This document shows positions 1-8,553 of a stretch of 64,000 nucleotides of DNA, piece by piece; position 1 is the first letter of the stretch; every line of letters starts with the position of its first letter. Origin of the DNA: a virus; IMG/VR virus record IMGVR_UViG_3300018080_000117, positions 64,001 to 128,000 of that record. One strand, written 5' to 3'. Below the pieces are notes generated by a model that was not told where the DNA came from, made no database searches, and saw nothing but the letters and a program-made list of their open reading frames with translations. Made by a program: the position numbers and the translations under genes.

Positions 1-590
1 ATTTTTTCTTGTGGTGTGTTTAGCCCGTGCATTTTTAGTAGCTTTACTGATTTTCCTAAAAGTGCTCCCTCAACCAAGTGTGTACCCTTCCAAGGGCGAG
101 GACTACCGTAGTACAACACATCGAAGTCTTTTGGCACTGTCGGATCGTGTCGAAAGTGTTCTGTGTTGATCCCCCCTGGAATAATCGGAATCTCTTGCTT
201 AGTTTTGGTGTGCTTTTTTATGTACTGCTCGACGTACCTAGAATTTGCAAAGTAAGTTAGTCCTGGTTGCTGCAATCCGGCCAGGGGTACCGCAGGGTTT
301 TTGTACTCGGCTTCTGCAGCCAGCACCCAAAACACTTTTAGCTTAGCTTTGGAGCGCAGACAAAGTCTGTACTGCTCTGCGAGGTTGAAAAGGGTCACAT
401 CGTACGTCTCGGTCTTCAAGCGGCTCATATCGAACGTAGGGGCTTGTGACGGCATCCAGGTACAAGGCTTCCCCTTCGGGGTTAGCAATTCTACCTCGTG
501 ACCTTTTTTCAGCATGCGATTGCTAATCTCCACGATTCTTCGGATACCGCCAACGCACAAAAGGTGAGGTTCGATAAAAGCGATTCTCAT
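1..590 (-). CDS. GT4-family (GT-B) glycosyltransferase, 3' end runs off the window
   Basis: Not in the ORF track. Manual translation from ATG at 590 gives MRIAFIEPHLLCVGGIRRIVEISNRMLKKGHEVELLT...FANSRY...IIPGGINTEHF...VLYYGSPRPWKG, which are typical GT4 N-terminal motifs. It abuts the stop of the 591..1622 gene. Confidence 0.85.
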   Translation of the reverse strand, partial: MRIAFIEPHLLCVGGIRRIVEISNRMLKKGHEVELLTPKGKPCTWMPSQAPTFDMSRLKTETYDVTLFNLAEQYRLCLRSKAKLKVFWVLAAEAEYKNPAVPLAGLQQPGLTYFANSRYVEQYIKKHTKTKQEIPIIPGGINTEHFRHDPTVPKDFDVLYYGSPRPWKGTHLVEGALLGKSVKLLKMHGLNTPQEK

Positions 591-1622
591 TTACTCCCCC
601 GTTATCTTCTTCACGGTGTTTACGAAACGTGCCCCTTGTTTGCTCCACTTGAAGCTTTGAGCAAGGATCATCCCATTTTTAGTAATTTGTTCTCTTAGGG
701 AACGCTCGTTGATCAAGCGTCCGATCTTTGCCATCAAATCTTTTTTCGTCCCGTCGGACACCAGGCAGTTTTTTCCGGACACTAAGTAATCTTCAAGACC
801 TTTGTTTTTCGTCCACACTACGGGAACACCGCAAGCCATCGCCTCTAACGGAGGCAATCCGAATCCTTCGTTCTTACTCGTTGCGACCCACACCTTGCAC
901 TGGTTGTAGATTAGCGGCAAAAAAGAAGTTGGGGGATCAATAAAAATAGCGTACTGGCAGTGCATATTCTGAAATAATTCTTTTTTGGCGTACTCAACCC
1001 GTGCCGCAACGAGCATCGCTTTGTACTTACGTTCTCGCTTAGCTCCTTGGCTTGCAGCCATACTAAGGGCTGCCAAAAGAACGTCGCTGTTTTTATCCTC
1101 AGAAGAGTGCAACAATCCCCCTACAGGGATTTGGCAACTAAATAACTTCGGCAGGGGTCGGAATATCTCGTCGACGGCGGGTGGGATCACAAAGACTTTC
1201 TCGTGATTCGCTTTTAAGGCAAGTCTAGCTAACCAAGAACTCGTTGCAATCACTGCGTCGTAAGGATAGCTTAGGTTTCTGTTCTCTTTTTCTTCGTTCT
1301 GTGTTCCGTACCCCTGCAACAAAAGAATGTGCTTTGCGTTGTCTTTCTTCAGATCCTTCACTTCTTCGGGATCCCCATCAAGGTAATCCACAATCACATC
1401 GGCATTTTTCAGGTGCTTTTTTCTTGCGTCTTTTTCTACCACCAAATTGCAGGTAATTTCTTTTAGCTTTGGCGTGCACATCCAATAAGTGGGATTGAGC
1501 TTTTTTGCTACGATCGCCACCCGGTTGTCTTTACTAATCCTGTTTACGTACTCTGCAAACCTAATAATTACTTTTGTCCCCCCTGAAACTTTCGTGTGTG
1601 GAGTAAGAAAAACGTATCGCAT
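591..1622 (-). CDS. GT4-family glycosyltransferase
   Basis: SGG N-terminal loop and the GT4 signature EGFGLPPLEAMACG. Confidence 0.9.
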   Translation of the reverse strand: MRYVFLTPHTKVSGGTKVIIRFAEYVNRISKDNRVAIVAKKLNPTYWMCTPKLKEITCNLVVEKDARKKHLKNADVIVDYLDGDPEEVKDLKKDNAKHILLLQGYGTQNEEKENRNLSYPYDAVIATSSWLARLALKANHEKVFVIPPAVDEIFRPLPKLFSCQIPVGGLLHSSEDKNSDVLLAALSMAASQGAKRERKYKAMLVAARVEYAKKELFQNMHCQYAIFIDPPTSFLPLIYNQCKVWVATSKNEGFGLPPLEAMACGVPVVWTKNKGLEDYLVSGKNCLVSDGTKKDLMAKIGRLINERSLREQITKNGMILAQSFKWSKQGARFVNTVKKITGE

Positions 1623-2507
1623 CTAGCCAACCCTCGAAAATATTCTCTTTGTATTTGTTTCTTCTTTTAGGCACGCAGGCGAAAACCAGATAGCTTCTTG
1701 ATTTTTGGTCTTGGTGCTATTGTACGTGCTGCGAACACGAGACCACCGCACGACATCCCACCCTGGCAGGTCATAATCTCCGATATGCCCGCATAGCGCA
1801 ACACGCAGCCGATCCTGCTCTGTTTCACGACACCACGCCTCGCAATGTGCAGCGACAGGCACCTGTTTTGAATATAGCCTCTCGAACCCCCTGTATGGCG
1901 GATCGAGAAACACCGCGCAAATACCGCCGCCCTCTAGTCCATAGCGCGTGTTGACACATCGGTCCCATGCGCCGTGCAAAACTCTAACGCGCTCTAAGCG
2001 GGCGCTTAGCTCTGCGACCAATTGCGCACCGCCAGATGTACTCTGAACACCCATGCCTATGTTGCTGATATGCGGGATCGGCCCAAGGCGTCGACCTGTT
2101 ATTTTGTCGCACCAGCCTTTTCCAATCCACGAGCACTGCCCCCACAACCACCAGCCCGCGATCCTAGGGTCCCCTGGCCACTCTGGGTCCAAGAGCCTGT
2201 CTTGCAGATCAGCCACCCTCTCTGGATCAGTCAACCACCAGTGCCTTGCCGACTGATCAATGTGACTCACCGGGTAGTCAGCTTCGGCCCATGTGGCATC
2301 TGGCTGATATTTCACGGCGCGCCAGAAGTTAGCTATGTATAGATTCAGATCACAGATCACCTCAAGATTTGCCTGGCGGGGGGCGTTGAGCAGCATTGCT
2401 GCCGATCCACAAAACGGCTCAATGTAATTTTTGACTCGCCCGAATCGTTGCCACACCAACTTAGCTACGCGGGACTTGCCGCCGAAATACGGAAATGGTG
2501 ACTTCAC
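1623..2507 (-). CDS. DNA adenine methyltransferase (Dam/D12-like)
   Basis: PYFGGKS, EPFCGSAA (SAM-binding), DPPY catalytic motif, terminal EAIW strand; visibly more GC-rich than its neighbours. Confidence 0.9.
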   Translation of the reverse strand: MKSPFPYFGGKSRVAKLVWQRFGRVKNYIEPFCGSAAMLLNAPRQANLEVICDLNLYIANFWRAVKYQPDATWAEADYPVSHIDQSARHWWLTDPERVADLQDRLLDPEWPGDPRIAGWWLWGQCSWIGKGWCDKITGRRLGPIPHISNIGMGVQSTSGGAQLVAELSARLERVRVLHGAWDRCVNTRYGLEGGGICAVFLDPPYRGFERLYSKQVPVAAHCEAWCRETEQDRLRVALCGHIGDYDLPGWDVVRWSRVRSTYNSTKTKNQEAIWFSPACLKEETNTKRIFSRVG

Positions 2508-3127
2508 CTTCGCTCCGAGTGGTAAAGTTGCTTAGCTTTCATTCGTTCCTTTTCCACATCCATACCTGAGACCCGCACAGAAGCCTCTCCTTCGTGCCAA
2601 ACAAACGATCCCTGGGACCAATAGCAATTTAGCCCCAAAGCTGTTCTAGAGCGGTCTATGAAGTCTGACTCTTGTCCGTAGAACGTGTAACGCTCATCGA
2701 ACTTATTTAGCGCGTGCCAAAGCTGCCTTTCGAAGACGAGGCAAAAGCCAGAAATCGGATCCGTCATTTTTTTGTACTTGCCGCTTCTTTTCTTAGCCTC
2801 TTCAGGAGTAGGGATTTTTTTTTGCGGGGAATGGCAATTGTTGGTACTAGGCCCGACGAATCCACAGTCTTTGAACTTATCAAAAGCTTCGAGCATAAGT
2901 TCCAACCAACCTGAGGTTACTTGGGTATCGGAGTTTAGCAAGCAAATGTAGTCCGCTTCGCTTTTGCGGATCAGTTTATTCCACACCTGTGTCAACGTAA
3001 GCTTATTTTTCTTGTTGTCGGTGTATGTCAGCGTAAACGGCACCGAGGTATGATTCAGAACGCTTTTCAAGCACTGGCTTTCCATCTCGGGTAATCCGTA
3101 GCCGACAACAATGATCTGCGTTTTCAT
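2504..3127 (-). CDS. GT2-family glycosyltransferase
   Basis: WNKLI..SEADYICLLNSD (DxD region), GFCLVF, FDERYTFYGQESDF, VWH; start placed at the ATG at 3127. Confidence 0.85.
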   Translation of the reverse strand: MKTQIIVVGYGLPEMESQCLKSVLNHTSVPFTLTYTDNKKNKLTLTQVWNKLIRKSEADYICLLNSDTQVTSGWLELMLEAFDKFKDCGFVGPSTNNCHSPQKKIPTPEEAKKRSGKYKKMTDPISGFCLVFERQLWHALNKFDERYTFYGQESDFIDRSRTALGLNCYWSQGSFVWHEGEASVRVSGMDVEKERMKAKQLYHSERR

Positions 3128-3339
3128 TAGCCATCCCACGTCGAGCTTGTTCTAACGTTTTTTCGGCACAACAACCACGCCACACAGCTAGGACACAGAT
3201 CCATCGAGTCCAGTTTTTCATTTCCAAAACTAATGTTTTCTATTCTTACCCAGCCTTCAGGAAGGTTCTCTTCGGTACTAGGTACCTGCTGTGAGTAACC
3301 ACAGTCGCTACGATCGCAGGTGATTACGTACTTTTTCAT
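3127..3339 (-). CDS. small phage Zn-finger protein
   Basis: CDRSDC ... DLCPSC cysteine pairs; translationally coupled to its neighbours. Confidence 0.6.
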   Translation of the reverse strand: MKKYVITCDRSDCGYSQQVPSTEENLPEGWVRIENISFGNEKLDSMDLCPSCVAWLLCRKNVRTSSTWDG

Positions 3340-3342
3340 TTC

Positions 3343-3900
3343 CTAGTCCTCACGTGCGATAAAAATGGGTTGGAAGTGCGGATCGGAAGGATAGGGCGGA
3401 TAACTTAGTTTGTCTTCGATCTGGTCTCCGAACAACTCTTCGTCGGGAAGTTCCACAAGTTGACTGTCTGTCAGGAACTGCAACAGGGTAAGTGTTTTTG
3501 CCTCTGTTAGCGTTCCGTTGTTGCAAGCTAAGCTAAGAGCTGCGTCTTGTTCCATACCCAAATTCACGTCGGCCAAACTAAAGTCTAGCGGTGCTCGACG
3601 GGGATAAACCGTTCTGTCTGGCAATTGGTAAATCTCCTGCACCGAGCTAATTCGGTAACAGACTTTCCTCGAAGTCCCGTCTTCTTGTAGACACACCAGC
3701 ATCCTCAATGCAGACGAGTACTGGTGTTGGTTGAGCCACATCGCTCCCCTTAGTTGAAATTCGTCGTCTCGATGCAGTAGCGGCAAAGTTAGGAAAGTGT
3801 CGTTTTCTGACCAATAAGCCGTCTTTGAAAAAAGGATCGCGTCAAGGCTTTCGATCAGGAATCTCTTCATCACTGTGTGTAAGGGAGATACGTTTGACAT
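3343..3900 (-). CDS. hypothetical protein
   Basis: 185-aa ORF in the operon, with a GAGG RBS upstream. Confidence 0.6.
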   Translation of the reverse strand: MSNVSPLHTVMKRFLIESLDAILFSKTAYWSENDTFLTLPLLHRDDEFQLRGAMWLNQHQYSSALRMLVCLQEDGTSRKVCYRISSVQEIYQLPDRTVYPRRAPLDFSLADVNLGMEQDAALSLACNNGTLTEAKTLTLLQFLTDSQLVELPDEELFGDQIEDKLSYPPYPSDPHFQPIFIARED

Positions 3901-4090
3901 AAGATGCCTCTCTGGAGCAATTGGAGGCCCTCAGGGCCTCTTGAAAGAACTGACCCAGGGCTTGTATCGGATTTTCGTACGAAGCCTCTGTAACCCACTC
4001 TGAGCCTTCCAAACGTTGAAAGTGCAAAACCTCGCCCTCAGCGATTACGCGGGAAGTGTTTAGCTTGCAGAGGATTTTGGGCTGATCCAA
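3842..4090 (-). CDS. hypothetical protein
   Basis: 82-aa ORF filling the operon gap and overlapping both neighbours. Confidence 0.4.
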   Translation of the reverse strand: MDQPKILCKLNTSRVIAEGEVLHFQRLEGSEWVTEASYENPIQALGQFFQEALRASNCSREASYVKRISLTHSDEEIPDRKP

Positions 4091-4445
4091 TTTCTAACCC
4101 CTTCTGGTTCGGCATTACCAAACCGCTACAGTAAGCTTTCCAGCGTTGCACAGAGTCTTGGTATTGAGTCCACAGCTCGGGTCCTTGTTCGCCGACCTTG
4201 CAAATAATCTCCAAAGCTGTGGGCAAGACCCTGATTTGTTCTTGTGCGGACTTATCCGAGTGCAACGGTTGGATCAACAACGCTGCTCCTCCGTCTCTGG
4301 GAACCTCAGCGTAGAGCTTAGGGTACACCACCCGCAGGGGTTGGATATTTCCGGCTAAGAAATTGTCATAGGGTTTTTGATAAATCGTTCCGAGCATTCT
4401 TTGGTTCGGCAAATAAATCATGACAAACAGATCTGCGTGTTTCAT
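4038..4445 (-). CDS. hypothetical protein
   Basis: ATG at 4445 overlaps the stop of the upstream glycosyltransferase (TAATG coupling). Confidence 0.6.
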   Translation of the reverse strand: MKHADLFVMIYLPNQRMLGTIYQKPYDNFLAGNIQPLRVVYPKLYAEVPRDGGAALLIQPLHSDKSAQEQIRVLPTALEIICKVGEQGPELWTQYQDSVQRWKAYCSGLVMPNQKGLEIGSAQNPLQAKHFPRNR

Positions 4446-5452
4446 TACTTTTCCTCCAACACGGTGTCGATGGCTTTTTGCCACAAAGCGTAGTTCTTAT
4501 TTAGGTCGTATTTTTCTTCGACTAACTTAGTTGCATTTTTGAGAACTTCTTTTCTCTCTTGTTCGTTGTTCAGCACGTACCGAACCAGCTCGTACCAATC
4601 CTTGCGTTGCTTAGCAAGGTATCCGTCAACACCGTGGGTGATTGTTTGTTGGTAAGGTCCAAAGTCACTGGCAATCGTTACGATGCCCTGTGCTGTGTAT
4701 TCTAGAAATTTCAAGTTCGACTTAGACAGATTGAATTTACAAGGCACCAACGGAGCTAAACCCACCGTTGCGTCTGTTTGGCTAAGTACGACGTGGAAGC
4801 CTTTGAACTCCACAGGCGGTACCTGGTAGATCCCTTTCATTGGTGCGTAGAAGACCTTCGGAAAACAATCCCCGTCTTTTTTCAGTTGCTGCATAGCAGG
4901 CTCGATAAGCGCTAGGTCTTTTTTGTGCGTGTGCGATCCTTGCCAAAGCACAACGGGTTTGACCGAGTTGTCAGGCTTAGGTGTGAACAACTCAAACGGT
5001 ACCGAGTTAGGAAGCACAAAGACGTTGTCGTTGTACTGCCGATAAACCTCTGCTAAGTCCTCGGTGGTAACAAACACCGCGTCAACTAAGTTACAGAAGC
5101 GTTTGACGTAGTCTTGCACCTGAGGATTTCCCAGTTCTTTTTTTGCAGGGTTCCAATCAGGGATCGAGAACAGATCATCGTCTATCTCGTACACCAATTT
5201 TGTTCTGGCTTTCCCAGGCCTGTTCTTAGTTTTTATCCTTTGTGCAGTCTCGTAGACCTTAGGCATGTACTGACGTTGGAAGATTGCTAGATCAAACCCT
5301 CCAACTTGTCGTTCGTCCATAACCCCTGTAACCGAGATCATGTACTCCTTCGAGTGTTTTGCTAATGTTGAAAAGGGAAGGTGAATTCTGTAGAACCAAC
5401 AAGCTCCAGAGTCACCTCGATAAGCGATTATTTCTGTAGGTTGTTTTTCCAT
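4445..5452 (-). CDS. GT-B glycosyltransferase (GT4-like, phage type)
   Basis: GACWFYR, FQR, YEIDDDL, VLPNS, WQGS.TH..DL, FN.SKS.LKFLEY, IASDFGPY motifs. Confidence 0.85.
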   Translation of the reverse strand: MEKQPTEIIAYRGDSGACWFYRIHLPFSTLAKHSKEYMISVTGVMDERQVGGFDLAIFQRQYMPKVYETAQRIKTKNRPGKARTKLVYEIDDDLFSIPDWNPAKKELGNPQVQDYVKRFCNLVDAVFVTTEDLAEVYRQYNDNVFVLPNSVPFELFTPKPDNSVKPVVLWQGSHTHKKDLALIEPAMQQLKKDGDCFPKVFYAPMKGIYQVPPVEFKGFHVVLSQTDATVGLAPLVPCKFNLSKSNLKFLEYTAQGIVTIASDFGPYQQTITHGVDGYLAKQRKDWYELVRYVLNNEQERKEVLKNATKLVEEKYDLNKNYALWQKAIDTVLEEK

Positions 5453-5505
5453 ACATCTTTCATACCCTGAAAAGAATAAATCAAAAAGAGGGTTCTTATG
5501 ATCTT

Positions 5506-6023
5506 CCTAAGGTCCGTAGGGTACCGAGACCGCGATAGCGGTGGAGGGACTAAAGACGGACCTTAGGGCGTCCGTACCCGTACGGTGGTTGGGTGATACA
5601 AGCTCCCGCTAAGGGAGCGAAGGATCTGCCCAAACAGCGTACGGCTTACTTTACCTAAAAAGTAAAATAATTTTTGTATATATTAGGTTTTTTAGTTTAC
5701 TCGAAATGTACCAGGCGGCCCACCGTAACCGCTGCCTTAGGCAGCCTGCCGTGGTTTGCCGCATGAAAGTTTTTTTAGTTTCCGAAAACTAAAAAATGGT
5801 CTACTCGCTAGACGGATCTATCAGCAAAACATGAAACATGTAATGTACAATCCGCCATGTGCGGCGTTCGGTAAATTACATGTAGTATGCAACAAGTAAT
5901 ACTCGTTAGCGTCGCAAGGTGTTGCGCCGCATGTCACTTCGCATTACTTGTTGGTATGGGAGGCAATGTATTCGCCTTCGGCTCATAAGCAACATTGCCT
6001 CACCATATTCGCCTTCGGCTCAT
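5506..6023. other. array of tandem stem-loops (structured non-coding DNA or RNA)
   Basis: Perfect inverted repeats at 5506-5517/5556-5567 (12 bp), 5578-5584/5638-5644, 5731-5745, 5771-5796, 5836-5844/5875-5883, 5890-5900/5943-5953 and 5960-5969/5992-6001. No credible ORF. Confidence 0.75.
5969..6023 (+). repeat. 18-nt direct repeat TATTCGCCTTCGGCTCAT, two copies
   Basis: Identical copies at 5969-5986 and 6006-6023. Confidence 0.9.
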
Positions 6024-6099
6024 GTTCGTTGTTCGTCGTTGTTTGTCGACGTAGGCCGCTGGGGCGGCAGGGAACCCGCGCGAGGCTACCCAGAAATCC

Positions 6100-6820
6100 G
6101 ATTTTTTGTCAAGGAGCATTTCGGTTTAATTTTTTTGTTTTGTTTTCGATGATTTCAATAGTGTACGATCTACAATTATAAAGTGATCTTTTCCAGTTTC
6201 TTGCTTTTTTGTGGAATTGGTACGTTCCTAGTAGTAAAATATGCCCGTTTACTGGACTCGAGTGTCAGGTTATTTTTTTCTACATGTTTGAAATCGTTCG
6301 ATTCACGAAAAGTTTGCGAGGTGAAGCGTTTTTACAAATTTTACTTTACCTTTTTCTACATGCCTGTAAATAAACAAGAAAAAAAAAGTCGAAACTACTA
6401 TACACTTTTCTGAAAACCAGGTAGCGCATTTTCTAAGTTTTATAAACTTATTGTTTATATACAATCGGTTATAGAAAAAAACCTTAGTTTTAGTCAAATT
6501 ATTACTTTTCTGAAACTAAGAAAGTCCCCTGCAAAATTTGTGCATTTTTTTCCGCGCGGTTTCTGTGGCTACGAGAAGGCCTTTTTTTGTTTTGGGTGAA
6601 GCCATATGGCGACAGGTGATTTGATAGAAGACCGAAACCAAACAACAATTTTTTATACAATAGATATTTTACAAAAGTTATTTTTTGGAAAAAATAGGTC
6701 GGGATGCATATTTTCGAGTTACTTGCAACAAAAAAAACGATCAAAAGGCAAAAAAGTTGATGGGCTTGGAGGGGGTCGAAAACCCTCTCTTTGGACCCCC
6801 AACAAAGGCTGTTTTTAGCC
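6100..6820. other. AT-rich non-coding tract (candidate origin or genome-end/packaging region)
   Basis: Long A and T runs, only spurious short ORFs, and located where gene orientation switches. Confidence 0.4.
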
Positions 6821-6855
6821 TGGTACGATGCCTCTAAGTTTGGTACTTATAAGAA

Positions 6856-7275
6856 ATGAAACCCATATACCTGTTTGTCAAAAGCGGTCGAAAAGTAGGC
6901 AAGCTAGTTGTAACACCGACCCACCTTGTTGTTATGGTAACCGACCACAAGTTCTTTGTTCCCCCTCTACAGACAGAGCACAGGTTCGAGTTCACTAGAA
7001 GGACACGCTTACGCAGCAGCCTTCTAAAACACGCAGGCAAAGCCTTGTTCAAGCCAAGTACCGGAACCTTTCTTGCTGAGATCAAGTTACCGAACAAACC
7101 TAAGTTTAGGGTTGCGTCTAAGCGTCGCTTGCCTGACTGGATTTGGAAGAGGGGTTTGCCAGAACCTAAAAAAAGGAAGCGTAAGTACAAACCGAAGTAC
7201 TACTCACTAGGCAGGACGAGAAACCAATCCAAGAACTGTGGGCGTAGGCAGTGTGCGGTTCTCAACAGTTACTAA
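6856..7275 (+). CDS. basic hypothetical protein
   Basis: 139-aa K/R-rich ORF that converges on 7272..7571. Confidence 0.5.
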   Translation: MKPIYLFVKSGRKVGKLVVTPTHLVVMVTDHKFFVPPLQTEHRFEFTRRTRLRSSLLKHAGKALFKPSTGTFLAEIKLPNKPKFRVASKRRLPDWIWKRGLPEPKKRKRKYKPKYYSLGRTRNQSKNCGRRQCAVLNSY

Positions 7276-7571
7276 TCTCTAATACCTTTTATCCTTGCCT
7301 GTACGCGCTTTAGCCAAGCTTGTCCAGACCCCGAACCCAACCACTGCACGAAAGAGCACACGGCGACCCTGCGAGGGTCTGAGGCAGGTACAAGCTCAAC
7401 CTTGGTGTTTGGCCCAGCGCATAACTGATCAATTAGGTCTGGTGTCTGGGGAAGGTTGAGCATTTGAAATTCGTGGGCAAAAACCCATTCCACTCTATTC
7501 TCGGGTTGCTCCAACCTTTCAGAGTAAGTGCCTACGTACTTTTGAATAAGCTTAGGTCGGCGTCGGTCCAT
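7272..7571 (-). CDS. phage hypothetical protein
   Basis: RVAVCSFVQWLGSGSGQAWL motif; purine-rich RBS. Confidence 0.6.
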   Translation of the reverse strand: MDRRRPKLIQKYVGTYSERLEQPENRVEWVFAHEFQMLNLPQTPDLIDQLCAGPNTKVELVPASDPRRVAVCSFVQWLGSGSGQAWLKRVQARIKGIRD

Positions 7572-7584
7572 TCCCCGTCCCCTG

Positions 7585-8406
7585 CTAGTGCATTTGGTAC
7601 TTGCCTGCAGATTTCGTTATTTCCCATTCCTTCCTTAGCTTAACCAAAGCTTGAGCCAAACTTTGGTCCACCTTATCAGGATCTCTATCGGGAAAGGCCT
7701 TGATAATCTTTTTGACCAGGTAATCCTTCGATCTTGCAACCCCGGATAAAAGAGCCTTCTCGACAACAGTCTGGACGGTTTTTCTATTTTTAGGTGTCTT
7801 AGCGACCTTTTTTCTCGTTACGTGTCGCTTAGTTTTCTTAGTTGTTTTGGCTTTCTTTTTGGGCTTAGCCACAAGCTTGATGGTTTCTTTCGGTTCTTCC
7901 TTACCCACGTGTTCGTTGTTGAGTTCCTTGCAAACGAACTCAAACAAATTGTTGTTGTGTTTTTTTATCTTCTCTTCGTAGCTCAACACCTCCTTTTCCT
8001 TTTCAGTCAAGGGTAGCTTTGCTTTCTTCTTCTTTTTTGCCATCTCAAGCCTAATCTGCAGTCGATTGGCCATCGAATACCGCGTCGAATAATGCGTCGA
8101 GCAGTACCCCTTACTGATTGATTTTTTGTCGCACTCATTAGCGACACATTGCTTCGGATAGGTAGCTTTTAGTGGAACCACAAAATAACTGTCCCGGTCA
8201 TCTTTGATCTTTAGCGCTTCTTTGATCAACTCCCAAGCTTTCTCGCTAGGAACCGATCTTCTGCTTTCCCAAGAATACAGGGACATCTTGGTATACCCAA
8301 TCTCCTGGGCCAGAGCGGCTACGCTAAAGCCTACGCTCTGCCTGGTTTTCTTCAAGCTTTTCAGTCTTTTCTTCTTCTGTGGAAAACTCTGTGGACTAGT
8401 TGTCAT
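7585..8406 (-). CDS. XRE-type HTH regulator with CCCH-like Zn motif, Lys-rich linker and C-terminal winged-helix-like domain
   Basis: LKKTRQSVGFSVAALAQEIGYTKMSLYSWESRRSVP (XRE HTH), CVANEC...GYCSTHY; GGAGG RBS. Confidence 0.8.
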   Translation of the reverse strand: MTTSPQSFPQKKKRLKSLKKTRQSVGFSVAALAQEIGYTKMSLYSWESRRSVPSEKAWELIKEALKIKDDRDSYFVVPLKATYPKQCVANECDKKSISKGYCSTHYSTRYSMANRLQIRLEMAKKKKKAKLPLTEKEKEVLSYEEKIKKHNNNLFEFVCKELNNEHVGKEEPKETIKLVAKPKKKAKTTKKTKRHVTRKKVAKTPKNRKTVQTVVEKALLSGVARSKDYLVKKIIKAFPDRDPDKVDQSLAQALVKLRKEWEITKSAGKYQMH

Positions 8407-8450
8407 TTACTTACCTCCAACTAAGTTGTTGTGATCCGATCCATACCTTG

Positions 8451-8533
8451 TTTTTTGCAAACAATCCTTGACTACTACCAATTCTCCATGCTAGTCTCTT
8501 TCCCACTTTTGGGCAAGGTTTGTTTACAAAAAA
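8451..8533. promoter_or_regulatory. overlapping bidirectional sigma70-like promoters with a 20-bp inverted upstream element
   Basis: Plus strand: TTGACT(8468)-18 nt-TAGTCT with extended TG. Minus strand: TTGCCC-17 nt-TAGCAT. Segments 8451-8470 and 8514-8533 are an 18/20 inverted repeat. Confidence 0.7.
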
Positions 8534-8553
8534 TTCATTTTCTAGGGGGCAGC

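Noticed and set aside
5969-6023. 18-nt direct repeat as a mini CRISPR array
   Set aside because: Only two copies, 19-nt spacing, repeat too short, and no cas genes; it is part of the stem-loop array.
5919-6818. Short ORFs in the intergenic region
   Set aside because: Phe/Lys-biased translations of A and T runs, mutually overlapping, with no RBS.
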